A stretch of DNA of 64,000 bases from Octopus sinensis (taxonomy: Eukaryota), in NCBI RefSeq assembly GCF_006345805.1, contig NC_043001.1, positions 85,498,001 to 85,562,000 on the forward strand, read 5' to 3'. Position numbers and translations under genes: made by a program. Numbering within the stretch: position 1 is the stretch's first letter; each line of letters opens with the position of its first letter. Of the stretch, positions 24,245 to 37,896 are shown piece after piece. The notes under the pieces were generated by a model. It had not been told where the DNA came from. It made no database searches and saw nothing but the letters and a program-made list of their open reading frames with translations.

Positions 24245-26269
24245 CTGGAATAAAGATACATTTCGTTAAAAAGAGATTCAATCATGAACAAAATTTTAAT
24301 TACTTTATTACTTGTCGAAAAGAAAGTGATATTAATGGTACGAATAATGGTTTCTGATTTAGGCACATGCCTATTAATTTTGAAAGGAAGGGTTAATCAA
24401 TGCATTTGAACCTGTACTTGATTGATACGTCATTTTATCAACTCCGGGGAAATAAATAGCAAGTGTACTTTTGGCGTGATTTGAACCGAGAACGTAAAGA
24501 GTCTCAACAAATACGAGAAAGTAGTTTGTCCCTGGCTCTAAGGGATAATTATTTCTTTAATCTCTAGGTCTCATTTAGCTTTTACAGTGAAATAGTCAAG
24601 AAACCAAAGGCCAACATTCGATGACCAAGAATCTTAGATTCTACGTCCTCGAATTAATGTGTTGAAAATATTTAGGGAATGCATGAAACATGATCAAATT
24701 TTTTTTAATGAGTGGAAGGTAAAAGATGATACGTGTTGAAATGGGTGGAAGAATGAAGATGCAATAATTTGATGCATGTTATTACACAAAATAATGAGAT
24801 AAGAACAATATTTTAATTGAAAACATTCATAATTCATACAATTTCATGAAACAGGAAATAGTGTCCGATAAGGAACCGTCATCAATGATGTATATGAGCA
24901 TCTCTCAACTCTTTCCCTCATTTTTGCCAATTAGGTTTTTAAATTCTGAAAGACTTCTGCAAGCATTTTCTGTGTTGAACCAGTAAATAAAAAAAAAGGT
25001 GTCCCGAGAAATATTGTTTTATGGCATGATAGTTCGTTTGCGTAGCTCTAAGATATCTAAAAATCCAGTCATATATCACATCGTTGTCACTATTACATGA
25101 TCTCAAATTTAATTTCAGCGTGGTCATCCTGTATCATTTTACGCAAGTTGTGTATCAGTACATATAGTATCCAGTGTTCATTACTCTATAAGATGGCTAT
25201 GTATGATTTGAGGGAGGTTTAAGTACTGTTTCTAGCAGGTCAAGCAACAATGCAGCTGTTCTCTTGTTGGTTCCAATAATTTGCATATAATTTATAATAT
25301 AGCGCTTGTACAGTATAGATGTTATAATATACGTCTCTAAGGCATTGCAAATAGTTTGGTTCATATTTACTGTATGTCATATAATGATCTAGTCACCCTT
25401 AATGCTACCGGCAACATGTTACATGATTGGCTGTTGGGGTCAGAGTTTAAACTAATATCTCCACCAGGAGGAGGACTTAAATCTGTCTCATAGTATCGTG
25501 TGCGATGACATTGCAATGGAGCAGATGATTACCCAGCGTGCATTAAGTATTCTTTGGAGGTGCCGTATTCTTAGATATTGTCATTTCTGTCGAGGGGAGG
25601 TATCACGGTCGCCCCCTAACCATTTTGGATGTAGCCATGGGCATAGTTCTGCTATCCTTTGGGTGAGTAATGAAACAGATGCTATGACGAAAATAACCTA
25701 AAAGAGAAACAAGCTGTAATCATAAGTTTTAAGGTGATTTCAGATTGACTCCATTTCCAGCAACCTATTTTAGTTAGCAGGAGATAATAGTGAAAGTCAA
25801 GCTTCTTACGGAATGTAATTTTTTTCATAGTAAAGAGACTGTTTCTTAAAATTAAAAATAAAAATATATGCGCTACCAAAGCCGCTATAAGTATCACAAA
25901 TTTTGGACCTTGGGGATAGTCCTTGACGTTAAGTGGTTGGGCTATCTCACAAATTTCCAATAATAGAATATCAAAATTTTTTAGCTTCCTTGCTCCTGAG
26001 TGTATTCGGCAGATGCAACGTAAGCTCTACTAGTTGTGATTGGCCATCATTCTTCTTTTGCTGCTGTACTATTTAAGATGTACAATAAACAATGAAACTT
26101 CACTTAAGCAACAAGATGATGTTTACTGAATTCAATCATGAATCAAAGCCATAATACAACTTGAATATAAAACATCATGTTGTTATTTCGCACCACAAAC
26201 TTACTCAACGAATACGCATATAATCAAATATATTTCATAAGGAAATATATTCCGTTACCACATAGACAC

Positions 26270-26606
26270 CGGTGAGGCCGTGTGATGAGAGTGACACAAC
26301 CACATGAATCCTGGTTCAGTACTACTGCATGGCAACTCGGGCGTGTATCTTCTTCAGGTATGGAAACTGAAAGTCACACTTCATACATATAAACACATGA
26401 ATGTATATATCTACATGTGTTGCTTGTGTTAGTGTTTCTCCGTCACCTTCGCTTGATAACCGGTAACCTAGCGGTTCGTCTCAATACACCGATAGCATAA
26501 ATAAGTACGAAGTTTTAAACAATAAGTACTGGGTTCGATTGTTTTCTACTAAAATCCTCTCAGGGTGATGTCCAAACATAACCGCTCTGACTGAAACAAT
26601 TAAAAA
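26270..26606 (+). mobile_element. SINE family 2, degenerate copy in intron 1
   Basis: caaccacatg..ggttcagt..actgcatggca head and ..tgactgaaac tail match the 56812-57211 copy. Confidence 0.6.
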
Positions 26607-26716
26607 TAATGTAAAATTATTTTTTAAAATTCAGAAAATGACGAAGGATGATTAATTTCACTTTAAAACCATATAATAAAACAATTATGCATGTACACAT
26701 ACATACATACACAAAC

Positions 26717-26764
<48 letters not shown>

Positions 26765-27546
26765 TGTGTGTGTGTGTGTGTACATGTATATATATACATC
26801 TGCATGTCTATCGATATATATATATATTATATATATATATATGTGTGTGTGTGTGTACATGTATATATATATATACATCTGCATGTCTATCGATATATAT
26901 ATATATATATATGGATCACAAATGGAGGTGTGTAGTTACCGTCCTTTCTTTTGTTGATAGTTAAAAATTTCTTCGGTTGACGCACACTGAATATTCCCTT
27001 CCATTCTATCATAATCTTTCAGTTTGCTTCAATTTGCTGGGCCTAAACTCGATCCTTCCTTCATTATTTCTCTCCCAGAATAGTAGCACTCCACAATCAT
27101 CTTTTTATTTATGTGATTAATAAAGAAGTCATCCTACAGATGTTCAAAACAAAAACCACACCAGACAGAGAGGGAATTCAAATATCTTTGGCATAATCAG
27201 CCTTCCTTTGAACAGAAGATATTTCCTCCATTAGCAATACAATGCTGCTTTCCGGCTATTTTTATCACGTAGTCTCGTTACAGGCGAATCAGTGACCTTG
27301 ACCAAGAATTGCTTGTTTATTATGTAAAAGTAAATTCTTTTACGTAACCAAAGTCTACGTATTTAAATACAGCTATTATACGCCAGATTATAACGTCTGA
27401 TCATAACTATTAGTGAGTAAATAGTACCAATCAGCCGACTAAGGTCTTGAGATCAATAAATATGAATCATAGTATAATCCTAGCCTCAACATAAGTAAAC
27501 ATAAAAATATTGTTTCAAGTGATGGATAAAAGGATATTTTACATAC

Positions 27547-27679
27547 TGTTTCTCATGCTGTCCCATTCTGAAGACTCGATTCTGCGGTCATTGTACTGGA
27601 CACCAGCAGCTGCGAACAGCATACGGCAGATCTCAGCACGGCCACGGTGGTTGAAGTAGTGGAGTGTGTAGGAAGGCAT
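27547..27679 (-). CDS. S-crystallin exon 1 ([44 protein letters not shown])
   Basis: Hand translation of the minus strand from ATG at 27679 gives the N-terminus typical of octopus S-crystallins/sigma GST (Tyr8, Arg14, Trp39). GT donor at 27546-27545, phase 1; 133 nt. Not in the ORF track. Confidence 0.97.
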
Positions 27680-27780
27680 GATTTACTGGTGAGGATTGAA
27701 GTTGGTGGTATTAACTCGAAGATTTGTAGCTTAAGAAGCTATTCAGTTCAGAAGTGAGCACGTTGTCGTACTGATAAGCG

Positions 27781-27813
27781 AACTGAAATGTTCAGCAGAT
27801 TTGGTTACTTATA
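27781..27813 (-). promoter_or_regulatory. S-crystallin core promoter: TATA box (TATAAG, 27813-27808) plus initiator TCAGTT (A at 27784)
   Basis: The first T of TATAAG lies 29 nt upstream of the A in a consensus invertebrate Inr (TCAGTT). This predicts a ~105-nt 5'UTR to the ATG at 27679. Confidence 0.7.
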
Positions 27814-28979
27814 TGTGCGACCAAACTTTTTCAAGAAACAAAAAAGAAATAAGTCTGACTGGGAATAATTATTTGAAATCTCATTAAATAGCTCGAAGGA
27901 TTACTTCATTCGTTGATTCATACGTTATTAGCGAGAGGAAAGGAATGACCGAGACCGAAAAATGCATTTGAATGAATTATAGTAATCAAATGTAGACTCC
28001 TATGTGGTCTTCTGTGTTTTAATTTTAATTACCAACAGCCTCGAGACATTTCGTGATTAGGTGCTTTGTATTGTTCACTGTAGAGAGAAACCTGCAAGAA
28101 AGAATGCATGATTTTAATTTTTGACTGTTTTTTGTTCCTTTCTGGAAATTTTTTATTTGTATTTCTTTGTCAACCAGTGTACTTGAATTGCCGTTTATAC
28201 AATGACTTTTGAAGAGTTCTGTAATGACATTAAATGTGAGGTGTGCAAGTAAATACAGAAGAACAGCAATAAAATGTCTTTCCAGACTTTGTACGTATAT
28301 ATGCATGCATGTATGTATGTATGTATGTATGTATGTATGTATGTATGTATGTATGTATGTATGTATGTATGTATGCATGTATGCATGTACGTATGTATGC
28401 ATGTATGCATGTATGTACACATACACATGGACGCATACCTACATGCATACACATGATCTATAAAGTAGTTCATAAAATACACAGTCTGTGATTTGGGAAT
28501 ATGCAAGCTCTGTGATTCAGCAATACAAACATTAAAACAATTTTTCACTAATAATGCAGAAAACTGTCGTCTAATAATATGAATAACCGAGAAGCACTGA
28601 AATCAAGGTTTGTGATATCTGTTGGAAAACAAAGGATTCTACATGCACGCGATCAAATAACTATCGTCATTACACACACATACACACACACATGCATACA
28701 TACATACATACATACATACATATACACACACGTGTGTGTATATATATGTATGTTTATGTATATATGCATATATATATATATATATATTTATTTATTTATA
28801 TAAATGGAGGTTATGAGAGTTAATGGTGTCAGTGAGACCCAAATGTGCCAGATAATGCTGAATAAGTGCTATGGATAGACCATAGTTAAGTTCCAGATTT
28901 GGTAATTATGCGAATAAGGGGTCCATCATAGGTGTGTATATAAAAATTAAAAACCATTGCTTAACCATGTTCTTACACC

Positions 28980-29027
28980 GTCACCGATGAAGGGATATAA
29001 TAAATATCCTAGAAACAGCTGTAAGAC
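28980..29027 (+). ncRNA. Minimal type I hammerhead ribozyme motif H2
   Basis: gtca-CCGATGA-a-gggatat(aataa)atatcct-a-GAAA-cagctg-TA-agac. Downstream flank is shared with H1 and H3 (ataaatg..atctacacagccttggtttt). Confidence 0.6.
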
Positions 29028-29091
29028 CTTCGGTTTATAAATGTTCTCAAAATCTACACAGCCTTGGTTTTTTGTCGCATTACGAAAATAA

Positions 29092-29125
<34 letters not shown>

Positions 29126-30411
29126 GATTGCGATTATGAAAACAATGCGTTGTTGACATCAATTTATCTATGCTACAGTAGACTAGGGGAACTCTCTCTT
29201 ATAGTAAGCTCCTCAATATTATGATCATACCTAGCAGAATATTCTTGTTATCTAGCCTCCAGCCAGTTCTGAACGCACAGACATATGAAGAAAGGTTATC
29301 CAGTTACAGCCTTGAAGATCTCATATTAATTTTAAGAATAGTTCTTCCGGATCTCCATCATCAAGATGTACAATTTGTAAAGAGTGTAGAATATGATTGG
29401 AGGTATATGTGGTTGCTATCTTTAATGAGTGTAAAAGACAAATTGTAACGCCGACAAGCTTTTTGGTAGTGAATGTTATCTGTTTCAATCCGTTCTTAGG
29501 GAGCAATTTGGTATACCTAGGGTTGGTCAGGTGTTCAATAGCACTCACTAGTAGTTATGGAACTTTGGCTAACATGTATGTATGTATGTATGTATGTATA
29601 TATGTATGTATTTATTTATGTATGTATGTATGTATGGATGCGTGTATGTAGGTAGTTAGGCAGGCAACAGGCAGACAGGTAGGTAAGCATTTATGTATGC
29701 ATATATTATGTAAGTATGAATTAATTGTGTGTATGTATGTATGTATGCTTGCTTATATTATGTATGTATGCATGTATGTATGCATGTATGTGTGTATATA
29801 TGCCTGCATGTATGTATGTGTAATTATGTCTGTGCATCTCCGCCTCCACCGCTTGACCACCATTGCTGGTTACTTTACGTTTCACGGAGAAAACCGATGG
29901 AAAATTTACTAGACTATAAAATATAAAAACTGGGATTGATTTGTACGACTAAACTCTCTTTAAGGCCGTTCTCCAGAATTTTCTCACTATAATGAATAAA
30001 ACGTAAAAGATAAAAGATAAAGATTCCTGGGTGGGCGATGGTGGTAGATTTAACCAATCATTAAATCATTCAATAAATTTTATTCCAGTATTTCTCCCGA
30101 CCTTTTCAAGTGCAACCACAATCCGTTCTAATCACCCTGAGCTGAATGTTTCTTTCATATTACCGCGATCAATACAATAATATACAAATTATATACTGAG
30201 ATTAAAGTAAACGTTTAACAACCTCTTGACTTGAGCCTTAATTAGAAATAATAATTATTGAATTGTTGAATGTCAGAATCGGTACAATGTTGATATATGC
30301 GTGGTATGTGGTTACATTACATATACTCCCTGAGTTAAAATTAGTTTTATATTTCTGAGGTTAATCAAAAAATGTACCAGTCGATATTTGATAAGTATTG
30401 GTATCAATATA

Positions 30412-30645
30412 TATTTCTTTATTGTCCACAAGGGGCTAAATATAGAGGGGACAAACAAGAACAGACAAAGGGATAAAGTCGATTACATTGACTCCAGTGA
30501 GAAACTGGTACTCTATTTATCGACCCCGAAAGGATGAAAGGCAAAGTCGACCTCGGCGGAATTTGAACTCAGAACGTAACGGTAGACGAAATACGGCTAC
30601 GCATTTAGCCCGGTGTGCTTACGCTTCTGCCAGCTCTCCGCCTTA
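30412..30645 (-). mobile_element. SINE family 1 (tail a), full length, with a 16-bp TSD
   Basis: Reverse complement of the 216-446 element. tattggtatcaatata occurs at 30396-30411 and 30646-30661. Confidence 0.85.
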
Positions 30646-31260
30646 TATTGGTATCAATATAATCATCTGTAAGTTTTCTCTCTCAAATTTCTCATCAACC
30701 TCAATCTCGTGAACGTCAGCCTCAGTTTTGTTATCTTTAGTTTCGACTACATTGTTGTCTATCCCGATTTCATCACCATCAATTTTAATCTCGTCAAATT
30801 CAACTTCAGTTTCGTTGTCGTAACATAAATGACATTATGTCAGGATGAAAGGAACACTTCCATGAAGAGACATTGACATCATTGATTACTTGTCGTAAAC
30901 TTAAAGAATGAAAACGTTGAAACATTTTGTAAAGGAATACATCTGCATAATAAATGTTATCGTAACTTTGATTATTGTGAATAAACATACATTTAGCACA
31001 ACTCCAAAACAGTTGTCTTCTATAATCAGAGTCAACTCGCTATAGCTCATCATACGTATTTACGTACGTGAATATATAATCAAAACCGTGATAACTATAA
31101 ATGCCGACGATGATTGGGTTAGATTTATCACAGTTAAGAATGGAAATAAATAATGAATATGTTAAATTGATATTAATTTTGCCTTTGGAGTATCGTATAT
31201 GTATGTAGTATAGTAAGTAATCTTAAATGTAATGTGTTAAATGGACATATATTTACAGTA

Positions 31261-32505
31261 ATGTAAGGGTGAGCTGAAAGGTTGGAAGGCCGGCTATGAA
31301 GGAGTGGTGGTAGAGCTGTGAAATCTTGTATGCATTAATTACAAATCTTGTTATCAATAACTTCGCTGTTTATTTCTAGGTAAACTGGCATCTGATTGTA
31401 CATAGAAGTCTTCAAATGTAACTAGGAGCCACTTCTGAAAATGTATAAAATGTTTGCACCGTTGTGTTATCAAGTACATGAAGAAAACAAAATATTTCAG
31501 CTCACTAGGACATTCATCCTGATAGGGTTGCTACATTAGATGACGCTCCAGGTTTATCAACAATGCAAATGTGTGCAGCTGAATTTAGGTGAGGAAAAGA
31601 GAGTCTTGAAGGATGACCCCATGTCTGGACGTCCTACAACTGCCACTCCTGTGGATGACAGGCGATTGACTATAAATCACATTGTTACTACTATTAACAT
31701 ATCTCGTGAAAGAGCTGAGAATATTCTGCACAATAAACTTGGCATGAAGAAGATTTCTGTTCGATGGGTGTCACGTATTTTGATAAATGATCGAGATGTA
31801 CCAGGCTGATCACATCATGGGATAATATGACATTGCTTGTGGCAAACCCATTTGGTTTCCTTGAACGTTTTCTAATTCAGGATCATCTGTTTGAGCCAGA
31901 AACAAAGAGCGCATCTATGTAGTGAAAACGCCCTTCTTCAAGTACTCTAAAGAAGGCCAAAGTCATTTCAACTGCAGGAATGAGGATGACCTCAGTTCTA
32001 ATTTGTGAGCTATTGAGTTTATTGGCTATCTTCAAAAGAGCCACACCATCAGTGGGAAGTACCATGCCAACTTGCTGAGGCAGATACGAAAGGCTATCAA
32101 TACAAAAGGACCAGGAAATCTGACGAAAGGTGTCCTGTTTCAACAGAAAAATTCTCCAGCACGCAGGTCCTTAGCTTCAATGACAACTGTGCATGACTTA
32201 GGCTTTGAACTGGCTGATGAGACTCCTAATCTCCTGACTTTGGTCCCATATGAATAGCAACTGTTACTCAACATGAAAAAGAACTTAACTGAGGACTGCT
32301 TTCACAGTGATGATGTTGTGATATGTGCTGATGAAGAACATTTTGAGCAATTGCATGAAAGCCTGTTCGCCAATAAGAACCAAGCAAGCACTGCAACACC
32401 GATGAACATAGTGTGTGTAGTGCAATGTTGAAAAATAGACTTTATTTCCTCACATTCCACAGGAGTATCTTGGTCAACCTATGAACGATTTAGTCAAGTT
32501 TTGTA
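31261..32505 (+). mobile_element. Near full-length decayed mariner transposon (~1.25 kb)
   Basis: DDPMSGRPTT, DDRRLTINHI, LGMKKISVRWVSR (WVPR motif), GYLQKSHTISGKYHANLLRQIRKAI..GVLFQQKNSPA. Multiple stops; TIRs only loosely matching. Confidence 0.85.
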
Positions 32506-32794
32506 TTAAAATTCTTTTTCAAAACAGAGTTTAATATGTACATTGTTTTTACAGTTCTACGTCAAGTAATTACTGTTGTCCTTACTGCTCATAAAAAAAA
32601 ATCATTCTATCCAACAAGAGTAGGGCCTTGTAGGAGGATCCAGTTACTTAAACCAATAAAATAATATCTTAACATAGTAAACAAATACACATACATAACA
32701 ATTTAGTTAGCAAGCAGTAAGTTATATACTTTTAGTTCTGCAGGCACAACTTAATACATTTTTAACCGTGTTATTAATTTTAGAAGCGAAGGCA

Positions 32795-32975
32795 TTCACG
32801 CGTAGCTGTGTGTTTCAGAAAGTTATTTCTGAACCATAGGGTCTTGCCTTCGACCATAGGGACTTGACACTTGAGCATGTATTTTCTACTATAGCCTCTG
32901 GCCGACTAAACTTTTTCTGGATTGATTAGGTAGACGAAAACTGAACTAAACCCGATGTAACGATGTGTATGTTTG
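32795..32975 (+). mobile_element. SINE family 2, 5' part
   Basis: ttctactatagcctctggccgac..ggtagacgaaaactga is shared with the 56812-57211 copy. Confidence 0.6.
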
Positions 32976-33003
32976 TATATACATACACACATCTGTGTGT
33001 GTG

Positions 33004-33328
33004 AAGGCGCGTGGTTCAGTGGTGAGAACGTCAGGCTCACATTCATGAGGTAGTAAGTTCGTTTTGCGGAATGTGGTGTCTTGCTTTCTTGAGCAAGACA
33101 CTGTATTTCACTATGGTCCAGCTTATTCAGCTGTAGAAAAGTTTGCGACGTCAATGGTGCCAAGCTGTATCGGCCTTTGCCTTTCCCTTGGACAACATCA
33201 CTGACGTGCAGAGGAGAGGCTGGCAGACATGGGCAACTTCTGCTCTTCCATAATCCTTGATCGGATATGTGCCTATAAGGGGAACTGTCTAGGAGCAACC
33301 CCATGGTCATTCGTAACCGAAAGGGTCA
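33004..33328 (+). mobile_element. tRNA-derived SINE family 3
   Basis: ggcgcgtggttcagtggtgaga (A box) and aagttcg (B-box-like), followed by cttgagcaagacact, a CORE/V-SINE-like central motif. Confidence 0.55.
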
Positions 33329-33370
33329 TTTGTATATATATATATATGTATAAATATATATGTATGTATG

Positions 33371-33414
<44 letters not shown>

Positions 33415-33625
33415 ATATATATGTGTGTGTGTGTGTGTAAGTATATGAGTCTTTGTGTTTATACTAAAAGGTGATCCATAAGGGATGTTGGTTGGTTTAT
33501 ATACCAGTAACGTTGCGGTTCGTCAGATGATTGCTATAAGATAAGTACCAGGCTTAAAAATATCTACTGGTGTCGATTTGTTTGACTCCAGCATGGCCTC
33601 AGTCCAAAGATTATTATTATTATTA

Positions 33626-33667
<42 letters not shown>

Positions 33668-33669
<2 letters not shown>

Positions 33670-34167
33670 GAGTGAGAGAGCAGTGCATGCCATCAAAGTG
33701 ACACTGGGGTAAAATATACGAAGCCCAGTATACTCATCATGACTACCCGTCTCATAAGGGTACACCAGGCACATGCATCACAACCATATGTGCGCGACAT
33801 GGTGATCTCATATCAAGATAAACAGCACATGACCTTGCGGGTGGGGCCCAGTTAGAATTTTCTTCAGGTCGAGTAGCCCATCCTGCTCAAAAGGTCCCTG
33901 AATAAGGATTGTTTAAGGATGTTGAACGAACCACCCATGTTTCCAAAGGTGAATTATTCAAACCCTAAAGAATCCCTTTCAACACACAGCTATGATGCTC
34001 CCCCACTACTTCTGCTCGTGATCAGAGATGCACATATCGCCAGCCACTAAGGGACATGCTCAACTGGTTATGGTCAAACAACTGACAAGCAAAAGTGTGG
34101 TATTGAACGGAATATTTGCTGTAGCCCATCTTTTATACAAAGACAAAACAATGTACATGATAACACT
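33668..34167 (-). mobile_element. ~500-550-bp dispersed non-coding element, copy 1, embedded in (TAA)n
   Basis: Homologous to 34330-34707, 36028-36500 and 54247-54800. Starts tgagtgagagagcagtgcatgccatcaaagtgacac on + in all copies. Strand assigned from TAA polarity (inference). Confidence 0.8.
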
Positions 34168-34199
34168 TATTATTATTATTATTATTATTATTGTTATTA

Positions 34200-34256
<57 letters not shown>

Positions 34257-34277
34257 CATTATTATTATTATTATTAA

Positions 34278-34317
<40 letters not shown>

Positions 34318-34329
34318 GTCATTATTATT

Positions 34330-34707
34330 ATTGAGTGAAAGTGCAGTGCGTACCATCGAAGTGACACTGCTGTAAAATATACGAAGCCCAGTATATTTAG
34401 CATGGCTACCCGTCTGATATGGGTGCACCAGGCACGTGCATCACAGCCAAATGTGTACGATATGGTGCTCTCATATTAAGGTACACAGCGCATGACCTTG
34501 CAGGTAGAGCCCAGTTAGAATTTAATTCATGTTGAGTAGCCCATCCCGCTCAAAAGTTCCCTGAATAAGGGTTGTTTAAGGATGTTGAATGAAACACCCT
34601 TGTTTCCAAATGTGAATTATCAAAACCCCAAAGAAATATTTTCAACACATGACTATGATGCACCCTCACTACTTCTGCTCGGGGTCCGATTTGCACATAT
34701 CGTCAGG
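34330..34707 (-). mobile_element. ~550-bp element, copy 2 (truncated where R4 copy C ends)
   Basis: Same start and internal sequence as copy 1, diverged; abuts the 3' tail of R4 copy C. Confidence 0.75.
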
Positions 34708-34709
34708 CA

Positions 34710-35725
34710 CTTATCATTGTTATTTATTGCCTTTGCCTAGCTTCTAATGCTGGAGATGTACTACAGTGTCAGCTGTTCACTACCAGTGAACTAAGGTAAC
34801 ACCTCTTATTTTTCGAGCACCTTCCGGAGTATTCGAAGGGTTCAAAGCAGTGCTGTTTTCTGCAAGTGCTCCACCTTTATTGCAGCCCCAATTTTTTCCA
34901 CGTAATTCTAGAGATTTTTGCTCACTGTTCCCAGAGCTCCGACAATTATTGGTACTACTGCTACCTTTTTCATCGACCACAACTGCTTAACTTCCCAAGC
35001 TAACCTGTCACATCTCCCGACTTTTCTTTCCTCCTTATCGCATACCTTGTTGTCTATCTTTACACTAGCACCAATCTTTTTCAGCCATGTTGGTAGTTGA
35101 GTGCATACACTTCCAAGAGCACCAATTAGTATTGGTATCACGTCTACTCGCAACCTTTGTATTTACAACTTTAAACTATCATAGCTATTTTATTGTTTCT
35201 TCTTCTTTTGCACCGATCCTGTTTTCACCGGGGTATGTCGATTATTATACATCTTCCTTCCTTTTTATTTACCACAACAATGTCCGGTTTCCGATGTCTG
35301 TTCAGGCGATCGCACTGGATCCTTGCCTCCTACAAGATTTTGCAGTTCTCATTTTCAGTGATTCTTTCTGGGGTTTGCTGATATAACATCTTTGCTCTTT
35401 GTAGACCGTGATATCCAATGGATAATTCTTGCCACATTGTCATGGCGTCTTATATATTCGCGTTGTGCCAATTTCGGGCATTCGGTAATGATGTGCCATA
35501 CCGTTTCACTCCTCACACCACACATTCTGCATTTGTCGCTATCGGTAGTGTTGTCTATTCATAAAATTGCACCTTAATGCCTGTTCCTGAGCTGCGCATA
35601 TGAGTGATTTTGTCTCTATCTTCAGATCAATTCTCCTCATCCACAGTCACCGGTCCTCTGCATCTGTCTTGACGTTCACATCTCTTGCAAACTGACCGTA
35701 CATTTTTTTTCTTTCCATGCTTCTT
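34710..35725 (-). mobile_element. R4/Dong-like RLE retrotransposon copy C, 5'-truncated
   Basis: ORF 34908..35153 (VCDKEERKVGRCDRLAWEVKQLWSMKKVAVVPIIVGALGTVSK) is nearly identical to copy A. 3'UTR ttagttcactggtagtgaacagctgacac is shared. 5' end abuts (TAA)n. Confidence 0.85.
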
Positions 35726-35806
35726 CGTTTTTTAATAATGATGATGACTATGATAATAATAGTAATAATAATAATAATAATAATAATTATTATTATTATT
35801 ATTATT

Positions 35807-35841
<35 letters not shown>

Positions 35842-35908
35842 TATTATTATTATTATATTATTATTATTATTATTACTATTATTAATAATAATAATAATAA
35901 TTATTATT

Positions 35909-35943
<35 letters not shown>

Positions 35944-35963
35944 TGTTATTATTATTATTATTA

Positions 35964-35996
<33 letters not shown>

Positions 35997-36027
35997 GTTA
36001 TTGTTATTATTATTATTATTATTATCA

Positions 36028-36500
36028 TTGAGTGAGTGAGTGGGCAGTGCATGTCATCAAAACGACACTGGGGTAATATATACGCAGCCCAAAATACCCA
36101 TCATTTCTAAAGGTCTGATAAGAGTACACTAGGCACATGCATCCCTATCATATGTGCGCAACACGGTGATCTCATATGGAGATAAATAGTGCATGATCAT
36201 GCAGGTGTCTGCCCAGTTGCAATTTTTTTTCCAGTCGAGTAGGCCATCCCACTCAAAAGGTTCTTGAATAAGAGCTGTTTAAGGATGTCAGACAAAACAC
36301 CCATGTTGCCAAATTATTCAAAACCGAAAGAATACACTCTCAAGACTCGGGTATGGTGCTCCCCGACTACTTTTGCTCATGATCAAAGATGCATACATTG
36401 TCAGCCACTAAGGAACATTCTCAACTGGTTAAGGTCAAACAGCTGACAAGTAGACCTGTGGTATTGAGAAGAATATTTCTTGTAGCTCATCTGTTATACT
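36028..36500 (-). mobile_element. ~550-bp element, copy 3, between (TAA)n tracts
   Basis: tgagtgagtgagtgggcagtgcatgtcatcaaaacgacactgggg... homologous to copy 1. Confidence 0.75.
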
Positions 36501-36552
36501 GATATTTAGCAATATATTTTCTGTAGCCTATGTTTTAATCGTATTATTATTA

Positions 36553-36705
<153 letters not shown>

Positions 36706-37789
36706 CATCATCATTATTATCATTATTTTTGTTATATCATAAACCGTAATTTACAGTGCAGTCTACTTCATTATCGAATAAGGGAAAGATAAATAAAATG
36801 AGCCGCTAAAATATTACCAGATAAGAAACTGCATCGTTATAAACGACTGCTACTTTTGACTTTATGACAATTTTAGAAATCGTTATCGATATGGTGAGGT
36901 GTGTGATATATCTCTCAACGGAAACGCACTTTCTTGAACTATAATTGTTTAGGAAGCATCTACCCAAATATAGATAATGCAATATCAGTACTCAATCCTG
37001 TTTTAACCTTTGTCCACTTTTCTATAGGTGAACTGTGGTGTATTCTTTGTAGTGAGATTTAAATGAAATAATATGTTCGTTATTTCCAAGATTTTCGTTC
37101 TGCTGTTATTGTTCTGAAATACGGCACATCACACATGCACTGATTATGGAAGGAGCATAACTTTATATGACAATTTGGTTTCGTTTGTACTATTTCGAAT
37201 TATTTTTCTAACGAATACTTTGGAGCAAATTTCTTAGATCCTGTTATTGCAGAATAATTTAATGATATTTGTAATTTTCTTGAATTGCTCGTTGATTCAA
37301 AAGAAAAATTATTTTGCCACGCTTCTTATATTGTTCGAACTGAACGTTGGATTAAAATACATCGAATTTGTCGCTCCTGGAGAAATATGCATACACCAGT
37401 ACATTCATTGTTAATGGCTCATCTACGTAGTGGTACGTTTTGTAGCATCTCTTTGTTCTAGTTTTTGTTGCATTATATGAAACACATTGATACTATGAAT
37501 CATTTCATTATACTAACCAGTATTATATGAAACTCTTATTCACATTCCTGCAACAGCTGAACGAGTAAAAATTGACATAGAAAGAGATATTGCAAGAAGC
37601 ATATTATAAAGATAAGTAGATAGAGAAGGCAGAAAGGGAGATAAAAAGAGCGAGAAGGAGAAAATGAGGGGAAAAGAGGGAGAAAAGAAGATTTGGATCT
37701 CAATATATCTTTATTACTTTTCTCGAATCAAAAATTTGCTATTGCAAAATTTCATTATCCTAGCGTGGAACCATGGCAACACGCACACG

Positions 37790-37836
<47 letters not shown>

Positions 37837-37896
37837 ACACACACACACACACACATATATCGAAACTAACTATGACTTAATTTTTCCTCTCACACC

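Noticed and set aside
26780-26910. ~75-bp local duplication (tacatgtatatatatacatctgcatgtctatcg x2)
   Set aside because: Ordinary slippage within a (TA)/(TG) tract.
29221-29448. ORF containing TYEERLSSYSLEDL (CR1 C-terminal-like)
   Set aside because: Single short motif; insufficient to define an element or gene.
30666-30835. Acidic open frame on the minus strand (YDNETEVEFDEIKIDGDEIG...)
   Set aside because: No start codon or convincing splice acceptor and no recognisable domain; may be a TE remnant.
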